A stretch of DNA of 64,000 bases, from contig OW569377.1 in NCBI GenBank assembly GCA_937625935.1, positions 372,001-436,000 of the forward strand, written 5' to 3'. Below the pieces are notes generated by a model. The model was not told the DNA's origin. It saw only the letters and a list, made by a program, of their open reading frames with translations, and did no database searches. This document shows, in pieces, positions 52,265 to 64,000 of the stretch. Each line of letters opens with the position of its first letter. Within the stretch, counting starts at the first letter, position 1. This DNA comes from Tetramitus jugosus. Its lineage: Eukaryota; Protista; Heterolobosea. The position numbers and the translations under genes were made by a program.

Positions 52265-55200
52265 ATGAAAGTCGATGAATGCATAGCACTTGATCTACCA
52301 CAAGACAAGAGAGGTATGGAGGTCATCACTGTTTATTGTTGTTTTCACTTGTTGTCCAATGATTCGTTTTTTTTTGCTAACACATTTGTTGTGCTCGTCG
52401 TCAATCAACCATAATTGAAAATATTTTCATCTCTATACTAGTATCAAGAGTGAAAGCTGCGAGTTTTCATCCTATTCAAAACAAGATTGCCATTGGTTTC
52501 AGAAGAGACATTTATGGTATGTCTATCAGCTTTTTTTTTCTTTGTAGATCATCAATGAATTTACTTCTCACACATAATAACAACAAAAAAAAAACAAAAA
52601 CAGAGTATGATTTGGTGAGTGGATCAAGAGTGGCTCAATACACGACAGAGAGTGAAATTACTCATTTGGCACATGCTCACACGCACAATGTTTTGATTGC
52701 TGCATTGAAAAATGGATGTTTTAGTGCATTGGACTTGACGAGTCACACGTTAACAGCGTTTCACGTTCCTATACGATCCACTGAGAAGCGATCCGTTTCT
52801 TATTTTGCAGTTTCGAGAACGAGACCCTTTATTTTTTATGTGAGAGATCGTGCCTTGGCCGTGTGTGGTATCGAAATGTTTGCCGATTCGAAAAATAGAG
52901 TAGAGTATGCGCACAAGAAGCCCATTTCGTGCATTACGACACATCCAACAAGAAACATTATGGCCAGTGGTAGCATTGATGGAAATGTGAGAATATGGGA
53001 CACTGCTTCGCACACATTGTTATCTGCTTTTGATGAAATTGGATCATTGAACAATGTTGATAAGTCATTGAGATCTCCAGTCACAGGATTGTGCTTTTAT
53101 TCAAGCAAGGACAGGACTTTGTCCACTTCACCGAACAACTCGAGAGCCAGTACCAGTCACGGTGGTCAGATGACAAGCAGAGGAACAAATGGATTCACTG
53201 CTCAAAACTTTGGTTCCGAGTTGTTGATTACCGGAACAAAGAATGGCAGAATTCAAGTGTGGTATATTGCAGCCAATGAGCAGCGTGTTGTTGCAACGTA
53301 TGTTACCTGTTTTATGTTTTTGTTGCTGTTGTTTTTGCTGTTTTTGCACCGAATAGCATCTTATCATTCTTTTTGACCACTATTATTACGACAGAATCAA
53401 TTTGCAAGAGTGGATTGTCGACATTTTCTTCCATGCTACTTTACCGTGCTTGATGGTGTTAAATCACAAGGGTTGCTTGAAGGCTATTAACATTGGACAC
53501 TTGATTACCAATTTTAATGCTGGAAGCATTCCTTCCATGAAGGGAATTTTGACAAAGTTTGGTATGTAGAATGATTTATTAACTACATTAAGAGTTTTGC
53601 TTTCAAATGCAATGAACTGACACGATTGACTTTCTTCAATAATTCATTCTTCATTCTATAGACATGGTTGATACTTATTATGCACCTTTGCATGATACTT
53701 CCTACCTCACGACTCAAAAGCACTTGCAATCTCTTGTTCCAGCCATTTCTGCCCGGATGAACGAAAACTCTGGTGTACTTGTCTTTTGTGGCAAGAATTA
53801 CCAAGTCTCTAATTTAAATACTCCTAACATGCATGGTGTGATTGTATCAGAGTATTTCCCAGTGTTTAATACTGTGGATGACTCTGATTTCCCTGTGAGT
53901 ACTTTGCCACAGTGCAGTACTCTTCCATTCACATTGGACATGGTGCTAAATCAGAAACTAGATTCTTCAGATGATTTGGAGTTCGAAGTGCCAATCTCTG
54001 ACTTGTTATATGTCGACACATTTACTGCGACACCGCACGATATTCTCATGAAGTATAATATGGCAACCGACACATCCGCAAAGGTGCAATTGCTGAAAAT
54101 CAATTCTGCACTCTCGGAATTCCATCGATGCATTCAAGTGAAGTGTCGAACAGGATTGAAAACAAATCAACACTTGTTGATCTTCTATGAAAAACAGAGA
54201 CTTCAATCGAGTTACAATACAGACAGTAGAACAAGGTTCTTCTTGGCATTAGATTTATCGAAGAAGTCAGAGTTACCGCCATTGGAGGCAGGAAAAGATG
54301 GAGACTTCTTAGAAGCAGACAATCCAAACAATAGAGAATTCTATATTCTAGAAGAGGATGGAATTACCGTCAAGGTGTACGAATTGGGAAATCCTTCACC
54401 AATTCGCTCAGTCAAACTAGCCATCAAGATCTCAAGAGTATTCAGTTGTCCTTTCAGAAAGAATACCAATCTGTATTATAACAGAGCAAATGCCCTGCTT
54501 GGATTTGCAAATGATGACTTAACATTCGGAATGAGCAAACGACCAACATTTGATTTGAGACAAAATGAAGTACCAGTATCGGTTCAATGGCAACAAGTAT
54601 ACAAATCGGAGACAGGTGCCTTCTTTATCGCATTGTTAACTACACACAGAGTTCTGATTCTGGATCAAAACTTAAATATTAGAGCGTTCGTAGAATCACC
54701 GAATCAAACAAGAAGCTCTCTGTACTTCCAGAGTTGTTTATGGCTTGGAAATATTCTTCTGTACAACACATGCTCTGCAGTTTATTGCTTGTGTCCAAAC
54801 ATGTTGGAACAAACATCAGGTGCTCAATCCAATTTTGCGCTCTGTACCCTGGAGCATGCAAACTCTGTACTCAGTGGAGTTCTCTATGATCGAATTTTCT
54901 TCACATGCTACCGAAACAACTGTCCTCAAATGTCGGTGCGTTATGTGAACATTGTTGAACCACTCCTTCTCTCAATCATTTCTCTCGAAACAACACAGGA
55001 CAACAAATTGAAGATGATGCAACCAATAATGAGCAAGTTTGACTGTCGATCAGTGAGTGAACCCACATTGTTGGCGCTGGAAAAGAGTGGATTTGCTGAT
55101 TTAGCTAGTGAATTAATTATTCATTCCGTTTATGATTTCTCATGGGAGATTAGATTCCGGTTGGCTCTTCGCAGCTTGCAATTTGAATACGCCTTTGAGA

Positions 55201-57332
55201 TATTGCGTGCTCAATATCAACGAACTGTGATTCAGGACCAAGTTGAGGCTTCTCCAACAACTCCACAGGACTATGATGGATTGAGAGATAGCAGTAGTGC
55301 CCATCAGAAGTTATATGTGTCGGATGAAGACTATTGCACTGAGAAGTCAGCATTTTATGACCATTTTGTTGATCTCGCGCAACTCAGTATTGAGTATGCC
55401 TACTATTCAATTGCAGCCAAATGCTACGACATCACAAATAATTCCTGGGCACTGTTCAAATTGTTTTCCATGTATGCAAAAGAGTTGGCTGTTATTCCTC
55501 TGAGTAGACTGGCTATGAGATGCAAGAACTCTCCTGATCTGTACACTATTTACATGGCATGCCGTGTTGTGCTTGCTGATGCATACAACGAGTCTGAGGA
55601 GGATCACATTTTTAATTTATTTAATGGAACATTCGGTAAGAAGAGACTCAGCCTAGAGTTGCATACACTAGAGAGTATTGAATGGAGGAAGCAAAAGGAA
55701 TCTGTTTCCAACAAACGATCATACGATTTGGGAACAAGCTTCAAGGCAGTTATGAAGATTAAGGAAGAAAAGAAGGTATCAAACGATCCTACTGGCTTGG
55801 CCATTTCTAATCTAGCTATTGATCATAATATCATTGAGCCATTGTCCATGAACAACTTTAGTCAATGGATGGGATACAACACCACCGAAACAAAGAAGTT
55901 GGATCAAGATTGGGACCGAGTTGACTTTACTCTATCCGATTTTGGTTCTGGTGCTCGACCTAGATCTACTAGTTCAGCCAAATCTACACCAACCAAGATT
56001 CCATCTCTGCCTTCGTTGCCTTCCATGTCCTCCTTGGATCTACCAACATCTGGTGTGCCTTCTCGAGTCGAAGATGGAATGGAGACAGACAGAGATGCCG
56101 ATGGTGAAGATGTTGCTAGCGAGGCAACACCTACTAACAAAGACAGAGATGAAGATGGATTCGCTGAGCAACCAGATTTGGATAAGATCCGTAAACAGTA
56201 TATGGGTGGATCCAGCAGTGACCAGAGTAGTGATGAAGATGGTGACGGTGACACCTATCGCAAGAAACGGAAGCTGTTCAGAAAACTTAAGATTAAGGAC
56301 AAGTCGGAGGCTTCTACACCTGCAAAGGTTGATTTCTCTGCTTTCAAACTCAGTGGACCAGGAAATCTTGGTGTTGGTGGTCCCTCCGCTGCTTCAGCAA
56401 TAGGCGGACCAGCTGCCACTAACCCAAGAGCCTCGCTGAGAAGAGCAAGAGGCAGAACCACGACAGTCGTGGCTGATGTATCCCCTGTCTTGGGCTCTCA
56501 AGTGTCCGAGGAGAATACTGAGAGTAATGAGAGTGCGACTGCAACTGATACACAAAGCGATGCCACTCCAACTCCACAACCTCAGGTATCTCAACCTACA
56601 CCATCAGCTCCAGTTCCTAAAAAGGTTTCCATACCTGCTGTTAACACTTTGGTCAACCCTGCTGAATCATTGAAGAAGGGTATGGCACTCATGGAAGCTG
56701 CTAACTATCGTGAAGCCAAGCAGTGTGTCAATGACGCAATCGTCGCCATGATCAACGACAACTCTGAAGTATTGAAGAAGACAAATCTTTTGTTGTGCGT
56801 GAGATACAAGTTGCTGATAATGATGCTTGCGAACAATCAACGCATCGAGGGAAAGGGTGAGCCAACAATGGTGCAAGATTTGGCTCGTAACTCGTTCTTG
56901 CTATCTCAAATCAAACTCGTTGCCAAGCATCAAGTCATTTGTCGAAATATGTCCTGCAAGAGAAACTTGCAAGCACAAAACTTTGGCATTGCAGCTCGCT
57001 CCATTCGATTGCTATTGCCTGTCACTCCACCACAGCACTTGCCTGAGATGCAACAACGATTGAAACAATGTGAAGCTCAAAACTTGAGAAACGAGAACAA
57101 GGAGCTCGAGGAAGCTGTGACAAGAGCAGAACAGGACATTTCAAGCGAAACTGATCAAGAATATCTTCCAATCAGATTCTGTTGGCGAACATTTGAGCTC
57201 GTTAAGCCAGCACAACCACTTTGTGCATGTCCATATTGTGACGCCACATTCCTGCCTGTGGAAGGATTCGAAGAAGGTCACACGTGCTCCTACTGCTACT
57301 ATGGCACACTGGAGTCTCGCATGCCAAACTAA
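52265..57332 (+). CDS. TTRAY1: TSET/TPLATE complex WD40 subunit TTRAY1 (TWD40-1-like), several 5' introns
   Basis: WD40 repeats, solenoid region, alpha-COP-like C-terminus (CVRYK..LAR...KHQVICRNMSCKRNLQAQNF) and terminal CxxC..CxxC; exact exon structure not resolved. Confidence 0.8.
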
Positions 57333-57385
57333 AGTTATCATCATCAGCACTCAACTATCATTTAAATATAAATATATACATTTAC

Positions 57386-57474
57386 CTTAATTATAATCAT
57401 CAACAACTCTCTCGTTCCCAAACAAGCCACACATCCATCATCCAGATGAGAGGTTGTTGATGATTATAATTAAG
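57386..57474. repeat. Intergenic hairpin: 22-bp perfect stem, extended by 5 bp past a bulge
   Basis: CTTAATTATAATCATCAACAAC (57386-57407) pairs with 57453-57474. Confidence 0.9.
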
Positions 57475-57572
57475 TATCGTGTCGCGGTTATCTCTGCATT
57501 TCTAATTGCGACGATCGAAATCCAAAATCAAAGCAAAAACCAACAACAAAAAAAAATTCGCGAATCAGAGAT

Positions 57573-58790
57573 ATGACATCAACCACTACCACTACGACAC
57601 CAACTGAATCATCAACATCTATGATTCCACATCTCGAGACTGTGTTTGACTTGAGCCACGGTGATGAAATTGTCTGTCAACAAATTGAACAAACTCTTGT
57701 TCGAGACTTGACATTTTTATTATTATCATCACATGAGAATGAAAATGATGAGAATGATAGCAAGAATAGAGTTCATGTAGCTCCACTATCTGGTGGAAAC
57801 ACAAACAAACTGTACAAGATTGATATCACTATTGAAATGGATGAAAAAAGAAGTGAAAAAAGAGGTGAAAAAAGAAGCATATTGTGTCGAGTGAATGGCA
57901 TTGGAACAGAATTCTTGTTGGACAGACAACAAGAGATGCATTACATGAGACAATTGTCATTGTTTGAGAAGGGACCAAACGTACTCTGCACGTTCAACAA
58001 TGGATTTTTTTATGATTTCATTCCTGGTCGATGTTTGCAACCGAATGAACTGTTGGGTAGCAATGTTCATGTGGCAAAACATTTGGCTCATTTTCATAAA
58101 GTGACTGTAGAGAGTCAGAATCAAGAGAGTGAGAGTGAAAAGCATAGGGAACCCATTTGTTTTGCAACAATTCGCAAGTGGCTTGCCGATTGTATGCAAT
58201 TCAAGTGGAATGAATCCGAGTTGGAGAAAAAGGAAAAGTTGAACTTGGATTTGGATCAAATGAAGCAGTATGTGGATCAATTGGAACAATTTGCACAAAA
58301 TTATGGATTGGATGTCGTGTTTTGTCACAATGATCTCCTGGCGTACAATATTTTGAAGAATGAACAAGTGGACAAGTATTACTTTATTGATTACGAGTAT
58401 TGTGGATATAATTATAGAGCGTTTGATATTGGAAATCATTTTTGTGAGTATTGTGGATTCACGGTCGATCCGTCCAAGTATCCTTCTGTTGAGGCACAAA
58501 GACAGTTCATTAAGGCGTATTTGCAAGCCGCAAAAACAGAAGAGGGAAAGGAAGAGGAGGAACAGAGTGATGCAGTTGTTGTATCCGATGAGGAGATTGA
58601 AGCATTGAGAGTACAATGCAATCTGTTCTCTCTGGTGGCTCATTTGTTCTGGTCCACATGGGGCGTTTGGCAATCAAAGCACTCCAACATTGATTTTGAT
58701 TACTTGAATTACGCAGGTGAAAAGTACGCATGGTTCAATCAAGTAAGAGAACAGTACATGCAAGAGTTTGTAAAGTTTTACGAAAAATAA
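57573..58790 (+). CDS. Ethanolamine/choline kinase
   Basis: LSGGNTN, Brenner motif FCHNDLLAYNIL, FIDYEY, RAFDIGNHFCEY. Confidence 0.93.
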   Translation: MTSTTTTTTPTESSTSMIPHLETVFDLSHGDEIVCQQIEQTLVRDLTFLLLSSHENENDENDSKNRVHVAPLSGGNTNKLYKIDITIEMDEKRSEKRGEKRSILCRVNGIGTEFLLDRQQEMHYMRQLSLFEKGPNVLCTFNNGFFYDFIPGRCLQPNELLGSNVHVAKHLAHFHKVTVESQNQESESEKHREPICFATIRKWLADCMQFKWNESELEKKEKLNLDLDQMKQYVDQLEQFAQNYGLDVVFCHNDLLAYNILKNEQVDKYYFIDYEYCGYNYRAFDIGNHFCEYCGFTVDPSKYPSVEAQRQFIKAYLQAAKTEEGKEEEEQSDAVVVSDEEIEALRVQCNLFSLVAHLFWSTWGVWQSKHSNIDFDYLNYAGEKYAWFNQVREQYMQEFVKFYEK

Positions 58791-58799
58791 ACTCGTTTC

Positions 58800-61700
58800 T
58801 TATTCTTCATCGTCAGCAAGCATCATTCTCACACTGGAATCAGCATGAACGCAATCAATTGTTTTTGGATCGACCACATGTTCCTCGTTTGTATAGATTT
58901 TGTACATGGGTTTGCGCATCATTGCTGCAATGTCACCCAACAAAGAAAGCCACTCTTGGGTCATGAACATCAACTTGTTGTTCTTGCTGACCAACTCCTG
59001 GATCGGAGAAGCATCTGCTACTTGATCCTCTGATGTCAGTACCACAGAACCGAACATTACAAGTTTGACGTATTCGTAGACTCGCTCTGCCACAGAAGTA
59101 TAGCTCTTTTTGCTCTGTGCTAGCAGCACAGTTTGAACAACAGCACAAGGATTGAGTGCGATTTGATTTTCATCGGTCAAGCGCGTGAACCATTCGGGTA
59201 ATGGATGATCTGGATGACACGTCCATATTTTCGTGACGAGTGTGCGGAATGCTTCCTCTTCAACTTTGATCTCTTGATATTCGTTGCCATCATCAAAGAG
59301 CATTTTCAGGCTGAATGATTGTACTTGAGCTTGAATGAACTCTTGATTCTCATGGTTAAAGTGGAATAACAATGGAACAATACTATCACCAGGCAGTGAA
59401 AAGCCCTCCACAGTTCCATCATTGTAGTTGACGGAGATGATGGAAGGATTAGAATTATCGAGAGTTAAATTACCATAGCTACGGGTTGGACCAAAGGACG
59501 CATTGGCATGCTTGGACTTTGCCATTTGTTGCTGGGACACACGTTCTCCTAGTTTGGTAAATACATCCTTATTTTTCACTGTCCACTCAGTAACACTGCT
59601 AAGTTTGTGTTTAAACGCTGGTTGCGAAGGTCTAATAACTGCATCACTAGCTTCATTTGCCAGACAAACATACATTCCATTTGATCGATCAAAATCTTGG
59701 AGAGTCAAATTGAAAAATGAATAGCAACAACCACTCTGAATAAAGTCCCATCCAATAATTCTCGTTTCGCTTTCACGAAGTCGGATTAACAGTATTCTAT
59801 CATCTGTTGATCCATCAGTTACATATATTTCCTTCACTGTGAATGTAAAGTTGTTCTTTTTTGATGTGTACGACTTTGGCGGTGCTGTCGAGAGAACTAC
59901 ACCTACAAAGTCAAACTGGTGATTCATATCTGTGTTTGATAGCTCCGTGATAGATAGTGGGATTCGTTGATAGACATTCAATTTAACTTTCTCTTCATCG
60001 CTCATATCTCGTGCTCTCTTGATAACACGCCAACACGTCGAACGCGAGGCAGATAATGAAAGATGAATATCCTGACCGCCAGAATAATTGTTCACTTGAA
60101 GGTTGTAAATTCGTACTTGGTTGCCTTCTTCGAATACTTCCATTGCTTCATCCCCTGCGTCATATATTCTAAATATACATTCATTTTGATAAGAATCAAT
60201 CCGACCATCTTTTTGTCGGTGAGGGCAACAATCTCTGATCTTGATGTCTAGCGTTCGGGTGACCTCTCTTTGTACTTCGTCCATCTCGCTTTTAATTCGG
60301 TCCTCAAGTTCAAGCATCTCTCTGGCTTGTTGATTGTCAGCGTAGCTCTGATATGCTCTTTGTTGATCAAGAGTTAGCAATGAAAATTCGGCATTTGGAT
60401 CACCATGCTTTTGCAGGGCTTTATACAAGGAATATCCATCAGTTAATGTTTTCAAAGTAGCTCTCGACACAGGTTTCCATCTTTGTCTCTCCTCTCGCTT
60501 CTCTTGCTCCATTTCCTTTATAACATCTTGAGCAATTTTTTCTCGACTAATACTCTCTCGCTCTTCTACTAGTCTAGATGCTTCTATTTCTGCTCTGTCA
60601 GAGCGAATAATGTTCGGCAAGTTTTGAGCTTTCCTCTTTTCCATGTGAAGCACAGGAAATCTCTTCTGTACGACGATATCGAGACAAGGAATACCACCTC
60701 CCTCTTTATGAATAGACTTGATGTTCACCCTAAAGTTCTCTTGACATTGGAATCCCAAAGGTGCGTCCCATCTTGCCTTCCTAACACCATTAATGTGCAA
60801 TAGTAAGTACATGGAAGATGTAATCTCTAAGGGTGGTACACCATTATCTGCTCCGACTATTTGAGTACCACATAGGCGAAGTTTTTGACCTTCAACCAGC
60901 TTTCCAAAATTTCTGAGTCTCAATAGGGGATCATCAAGCTTGGCTAATATGCTGTACCAGCCATCTGTAAGTTCAATCATGTAATCATCCAAGTCTGAAT
61001 TCGTGCGCATTGACATTGGTGGGGAGAGTGATGCGACACAGAGAACCATATATGGCTGAGGTGTCGCATCCTTTTCAGTAATTTTTGCAATTGAAGATCG
61101 CTTACCAGTACAGTACTCACGATCATATCTAAAGATAAGCTGTGATAGTGTCTGCTCTGGTGTCAGAAATTTCGAAGCACACTTGGTTGAAAATCGACGT
61201 TCATATGAAGCCAACTTCCATACTATCCATCTAAAGTGATTTTGGACCCACAGATTTGTCACTATGTGCTCCGCAGCTCCCAAATGCAATAACAAGAGTC
61301 TAAATGTCTTAAATCCAATGGATGCACTAGTGTTAGTTGGGAAAGAACTTGACCCTGAATCATGGTCACATTTGAAGTTCTTATTGTTTTGAGCCTCTTC
61401 AATAAGACTTAAAAAGTTCGAGGACACAGAGAACGATGCATCAAACCGAAAATCTTGAGCAGATTGGCTCGTCATGTAAAGAATCTTTTGGTTGACTTGA
61501 GTCAGTGCGAGAGAATACAGAGATTTGGCATCTTGAGCGCTTGCAAGATTAGATAATCTTATCTTATTGGCTCGACCTGGCTTCTTAACATTAAGCCAAC
61601 TTGGTGCTGTAATTTTTAGTGAGGATGGCTTGACCGGAGCAGGAGCTGGTGTTCGACCTAGATTAACTCTTGGCGCTCCAGGCGTCAAGGGTGGTGTCAC

Positions 61701-63974
61701 AGGTGTGGCAACCTTGAAAGGTGTGACAAACTTGTTTCTCTTGTGTGTCAATGCACTCTTATTGGGAGTCACAAATTCAGGTGATTTCTTCCCTGGTGTT
61801 TGCTGAGAAGGGCTCGATACATCAGATCGGACCGGTGTGTTGGCAGAGGGAGTAACTCTACGTGGTCGTGCACCAAGGATAGATTTAGTTACTGGAGTAC
61901 CCACCTTCCGAGTTTGAGAAGATGATATCACTTGTTGTTGTGTGCCTGATGCATTACATGGGAGTTCCTTGTTTGGGGATGATCCTGTCACCATCAACGA
62001 TTGTTGTTTCTCAACCGTCTCTTTCTTTCCAGTACCACTGTCGGATTCATCCTTTTTCGGGGCCAATCTCCTCTCTGCAGCCTTCAGTTTTTCAGCAGAA
62101 AAGTCCAGCTTCTTCCCACGTCCCGAGGAAAACAGACTTCCAATGTCAGTCACTGGTGGTCTACTCTCAGGTCCTCTTGTCTGAATAGAGGATGCATCGT
62201 CATTGATCGTTGATAATCTCGTCTCTGTCTCTTGTTGCTCTTCAACTGTCTGCTCTCGACTACTGGAGGCAGGAGATTCACTATCCTTACTTGTTACCTT
62301 CGATATCTCCTCAGATTTTTTTTTCTTACTCAACAAGCTCTCTGCCTTGTTCAACTTTTCTGAGGAAAGTGCAATTGACTTTCCCCTCGCTGAAGCGAAT
62401 AAAGAAAAACCACCTCCTTTGCTTGGTTTCTCTGTCTCCAGTGACATCAATGATTGGTCCTTCTCTAATTCACTCTTCCCATTTGTTACATCAGATACAT
62501 CATCAGAGTTATTCTTTTTCTTACTCAACAAGCTTTCAGCTTTGTTCAATTTTTCTGAAGAAAGTGCAATTGACTTTCCCCTGGCTGAGGCAAACAAAGA
62601 AAAACCACTTCCGCTTCTTGGTTTCTCTGTCTCCAATTCCGGCAATAGATGTGCCTGCTCTACGTCACTATTCGTATTTGGTACCTTCGATATCTCCTCA
62701 GATTTCTTTTTCTTACTCAACAAGCTCTCTGCCTTGTTCAACTTTTCTGAGGAAAGTGCAATTGACTTTCCCCTCGCTGAAGCAAATAAAGAAAAACCAC
62801 TTCCATTGCTTGGTTTCTCTGTCTCCAGTGGCATCAATGATTGTGCCTTCTGTAACGTCTCACTAGAAAAAGATAACGACCTCCCAGTAGCAGAACGAAA
62901 CAGGGACGAAATATCATCGCTATCAGCGCCAATCGAGGATATGATAATCTCTTGTGGTTGTTGTACATGGGTATCGTATTGATCGTTATGGTCATTAAGG
63001 TCAGTTTCGAACTCGCCCAGCTTGTTTCTCTTGCTCATGTGTACAGGAGATGAATCTTCATTTTCGTGTTCTACCCTTGTTCTTTTTCTGTTCTTTGAGC
63101 TACTACTTGCGGCATTGGTATTACTCTCCACTTCTGTCTCCATACGAATCACTTCCATCGCATTGTTGTATCTATTCACTTCGCTATGTACACTAAGACT
63201 CTCTTCACTATCAACATTAGATTTCGCACCTGGGATGTTCCCCTCTTGAGATGTTTGTTGTTGACTAAATTGACTCATCATATCTAACAAGTCAGATAAT
63301 GCTCCACCTCCACCATTCTGTGTTGAAGTCTGACTACTGCTGGTGCTGCATTGTGATAGAGGTTGTTGAACATTACTGATTGTTGGTTGATCACTATGAT
63401 TATTATTACTCTCATCAGTAGTTGTTTGTCTGCTATGAGTGAAATTGGTACTCTTGTTGGCCTTATTCTTTGTTAACAAACTCTGAGCTTGATTCAACTT
63501 TTCCGAAGACAATGTGATCGTTTTTCCCCGAGCAGATGTAAACAAAGAAAATCCACCAATACTACCACCACCATTAGTGAGGTTTTTATCTGTATCGAAT
63601 GTGTCCAATGATTGTATCGTCAATGGGGCATCATCTGCCTTCTTCGAAATTGTGATACAAACTTTTGATTGTTTAACAGGCGGATCAACAACAACAATTT
63701 GTTCGTTGTTATTATTATCATCTGTGTCATCAATGACTCTATCATCATCATCACTAATTTCTTCATTGTTGTTATCAGTATTATGGATCACTAGTGGTTC
63801 AATGACATTTAACACTGGTTGACTCGGTGGTTCCTCCATAACAATGTCATCATCATCGCTCGATTCGTCATCCTCCAACAAAATGACAATATTTTTGGAT
63901 TGTTCCGAGGTAGTGTATTGAATTGGTTGCTGCTCTGTATCATCAATGTCTATAATGATTGGATCGTTGCGCAT
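58800..63974 (-). CDS. BRCA2: BRCA2 homolog with six BRC repeats and helical/OB/tower DNA-binding domain
   Basis: F(T/A/R)SAxG(K/R) repeats; WVQNHFRWIVWKLASYER; ELTDGWY. Confidence 0.95.
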   Translation of the reverse strand: MRNDPIIIDIDDTEQQPIQYTTSEQSKNIVILLEDDESSDDDDIVMEEPPSQPVLNVIEPLVIHNTDNNNEEISDDDDRVIDDTDDNNNNEQIVVVDPPVKQSKVCITISKKADDAPLTIQSLDTFDTDKNLTNGGGSIGGFSLFTSARGKTITLSSEKLNQAQSLLTKNKANKSTNFTHSRQTTTDESNNNHSDQPTISNVQQPLSQCSTSSSQTSTQNGGGGALSDLLDMMSQFSQQQTSQEGNIPGAKSNVDSEESLSVHSEVNRYNNAMEVIRMETEVESNTNAASSSSKNRKRTRVEHENEDSSPVHMSKRNKLGEFETDLNDHNDQYDTHVQQPQEIIISSIGADSDDISSLFRSATGRSLSFSSETLQKAQSLMPLETEKPSNGSGFSLFASARGKSIALSSEKLNKAESLLSKKKKSEEISKVPNTNSDVEQAHLLPELETEKPRSGSGFSLFASARGKSIALSSEKLNKAESLLSKKKNNSDDVSDVTNGKSELEKDQSLMSLETEKPSKGGGFSLFASARGKSIALSSEKLNKAESLLSKKKKSEEISKVTSKDSESPASSSREQTVEEQQETETRLSTINDDASSIQTRGPESRPPVTDIGSLFSSGRGKKLDFSAEKLKAAERRLAPKKDESDSGTGKKETVEKQQSLMVTGSSPNKELPCNASGTQQQVISSSQTRKVGTPVTKSILGARPRRVTPSANTPVRSDVSSPSQQTPGKKSPEFVTPNKSALTHKRNKFVTPFKVATPVTPPLTPGAPRVNLGRTPAPAPVKPSSLKITAPSWLNVKKPGRANKIRLSNLASAQDAKSLYSLALTQVNQKILYMTSQSAQDFRFDASFSVSSNFLSLIEEAQNNKNFKCDHDSGSSSFPTNTSASIGFKTFRLLLLHLGAAEHIVTNLWVQNHFRWIVWKLASYERRFSTKCASKFLTPEQTLSQLIFRYDREYCTGKRSSIAKITEKDATPQPYMVLCVASLSPPMSMRTNSDLDDYMIELTDGWYSILAKLDDPLLRLRNFGKLVEGQKLRLCGTQIVGADNGVPPLEITSSMYLLLHINGVRKARWDAPLGFQCQENFRVNIKSIHKEGGGIPCLDIVVQKRFPVLHMEKRKAQNLPNIIRSDRAEIEASRLVEERESISREKIAQDVIKEMEQEKREERQRWKPVSRATLKTLTDGYSLYKALQKHGDPNAEFSLLTLDQQRAYQSYADNQQAREMLELEDRIKSEMDEVQREVTRTLDIKIRDCCPHRQKDGRIDSYQNECIFRIYDAGDEAMEVFEEGNQVRIYNLQVNNYSGGQDIHLSLSASRSTCWRVIKRARDMSDEEKVKLNVYQRIPLSITELSNTDMNHQFDFVGVVLSTAPPKSYTSKKNNFTFTVKEIYVTDGSTDDRILLIRLRESETRIIGWDFIQSGCCYSFFNLTLQDFDRSNGMYVCLANEASDAVIRPSQPAFKHKLSSVTEWTVKNKDVFTKLGERVSQQQMAKSKHANASFGPTRSYGNLTLDNSNPSIISVNYNDGTVEGFSLPGDSIVPLLFHFNHENQEFIQAQVQSFSLKMLFDDGNEYQEIKVEEEAFRTLVTKIWTCHPDHPLPEWFTRLTDENQIALNPCAVVQTVLLAQSKKSYTSVAERVYEYVKLVMFGSVVLTSEDQVADASPIQELVSKNNKLMFMTQEWLSLLGDIAAMMRKPMYKIYTNEEHVVDPKTIDCVHADSSVRMMLADDEE
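62280..62830 (-). repeat. Three near-identical DNA units (about 180 bp period) encoding BRC repeats
   Basis: ETEKP..G.GFSLFASARGKSIALSSEKLNKAESLLSKKK occurs three times. Confidence 0.9.
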
Positions 63975-64000
63975 GTTGTTTGTTGGTTTTTGTTGTTCGG

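Overview
Gene-dense, intron-poor, AT-rich eukaryotic DNA from a protist; the gene set and poly-Asn/His/Thr tracts suggest a Naegleria-like heterolobosean (inference). Housekeeping genes include RCC1-BTB, TPP1/sedolisin, mitochondrial phosphate carrier, OPA3, RhoGEF, CLC, RhoGAP, BCAT, a CYTH enzyme, Snu114/EFTUD2, TSET subunit TTRAY1, ethanolamine/choline kinase and BRCA2. Accessory material sits next to Pol III genes. Three dispersed 5S rRNA genes neighbour an F-box-Rab fusion, an ADP-ribosyltransferase, pseudogenes and a Cys-rich surface-protein array. The best candidate for a new system is at 27.0-29.4 kb: a 1.34-kb poly(A)-tailed element encoding one RRM-RRM-coiled-coil (ORF1p-like) protein and no reverse transcriptase, flanked by a perfect 13-bp target-site duplication. 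Its 5' end is 42 bp upstream of a tRNA-Arg(UCG) gene, and it abuts an older, diverged relative inserted at the same site. This looks like a tRNA-gene-targeted, non-autonomous non-LTR retroelement family with Dictyostelium TRE5-like geometry. It borders a decayed zone (24-27 kb) with LINE remnants, a possible caspase-fold pseudogene and a perfect 28-bp hairpin. All calls are by eye; no searches were run.
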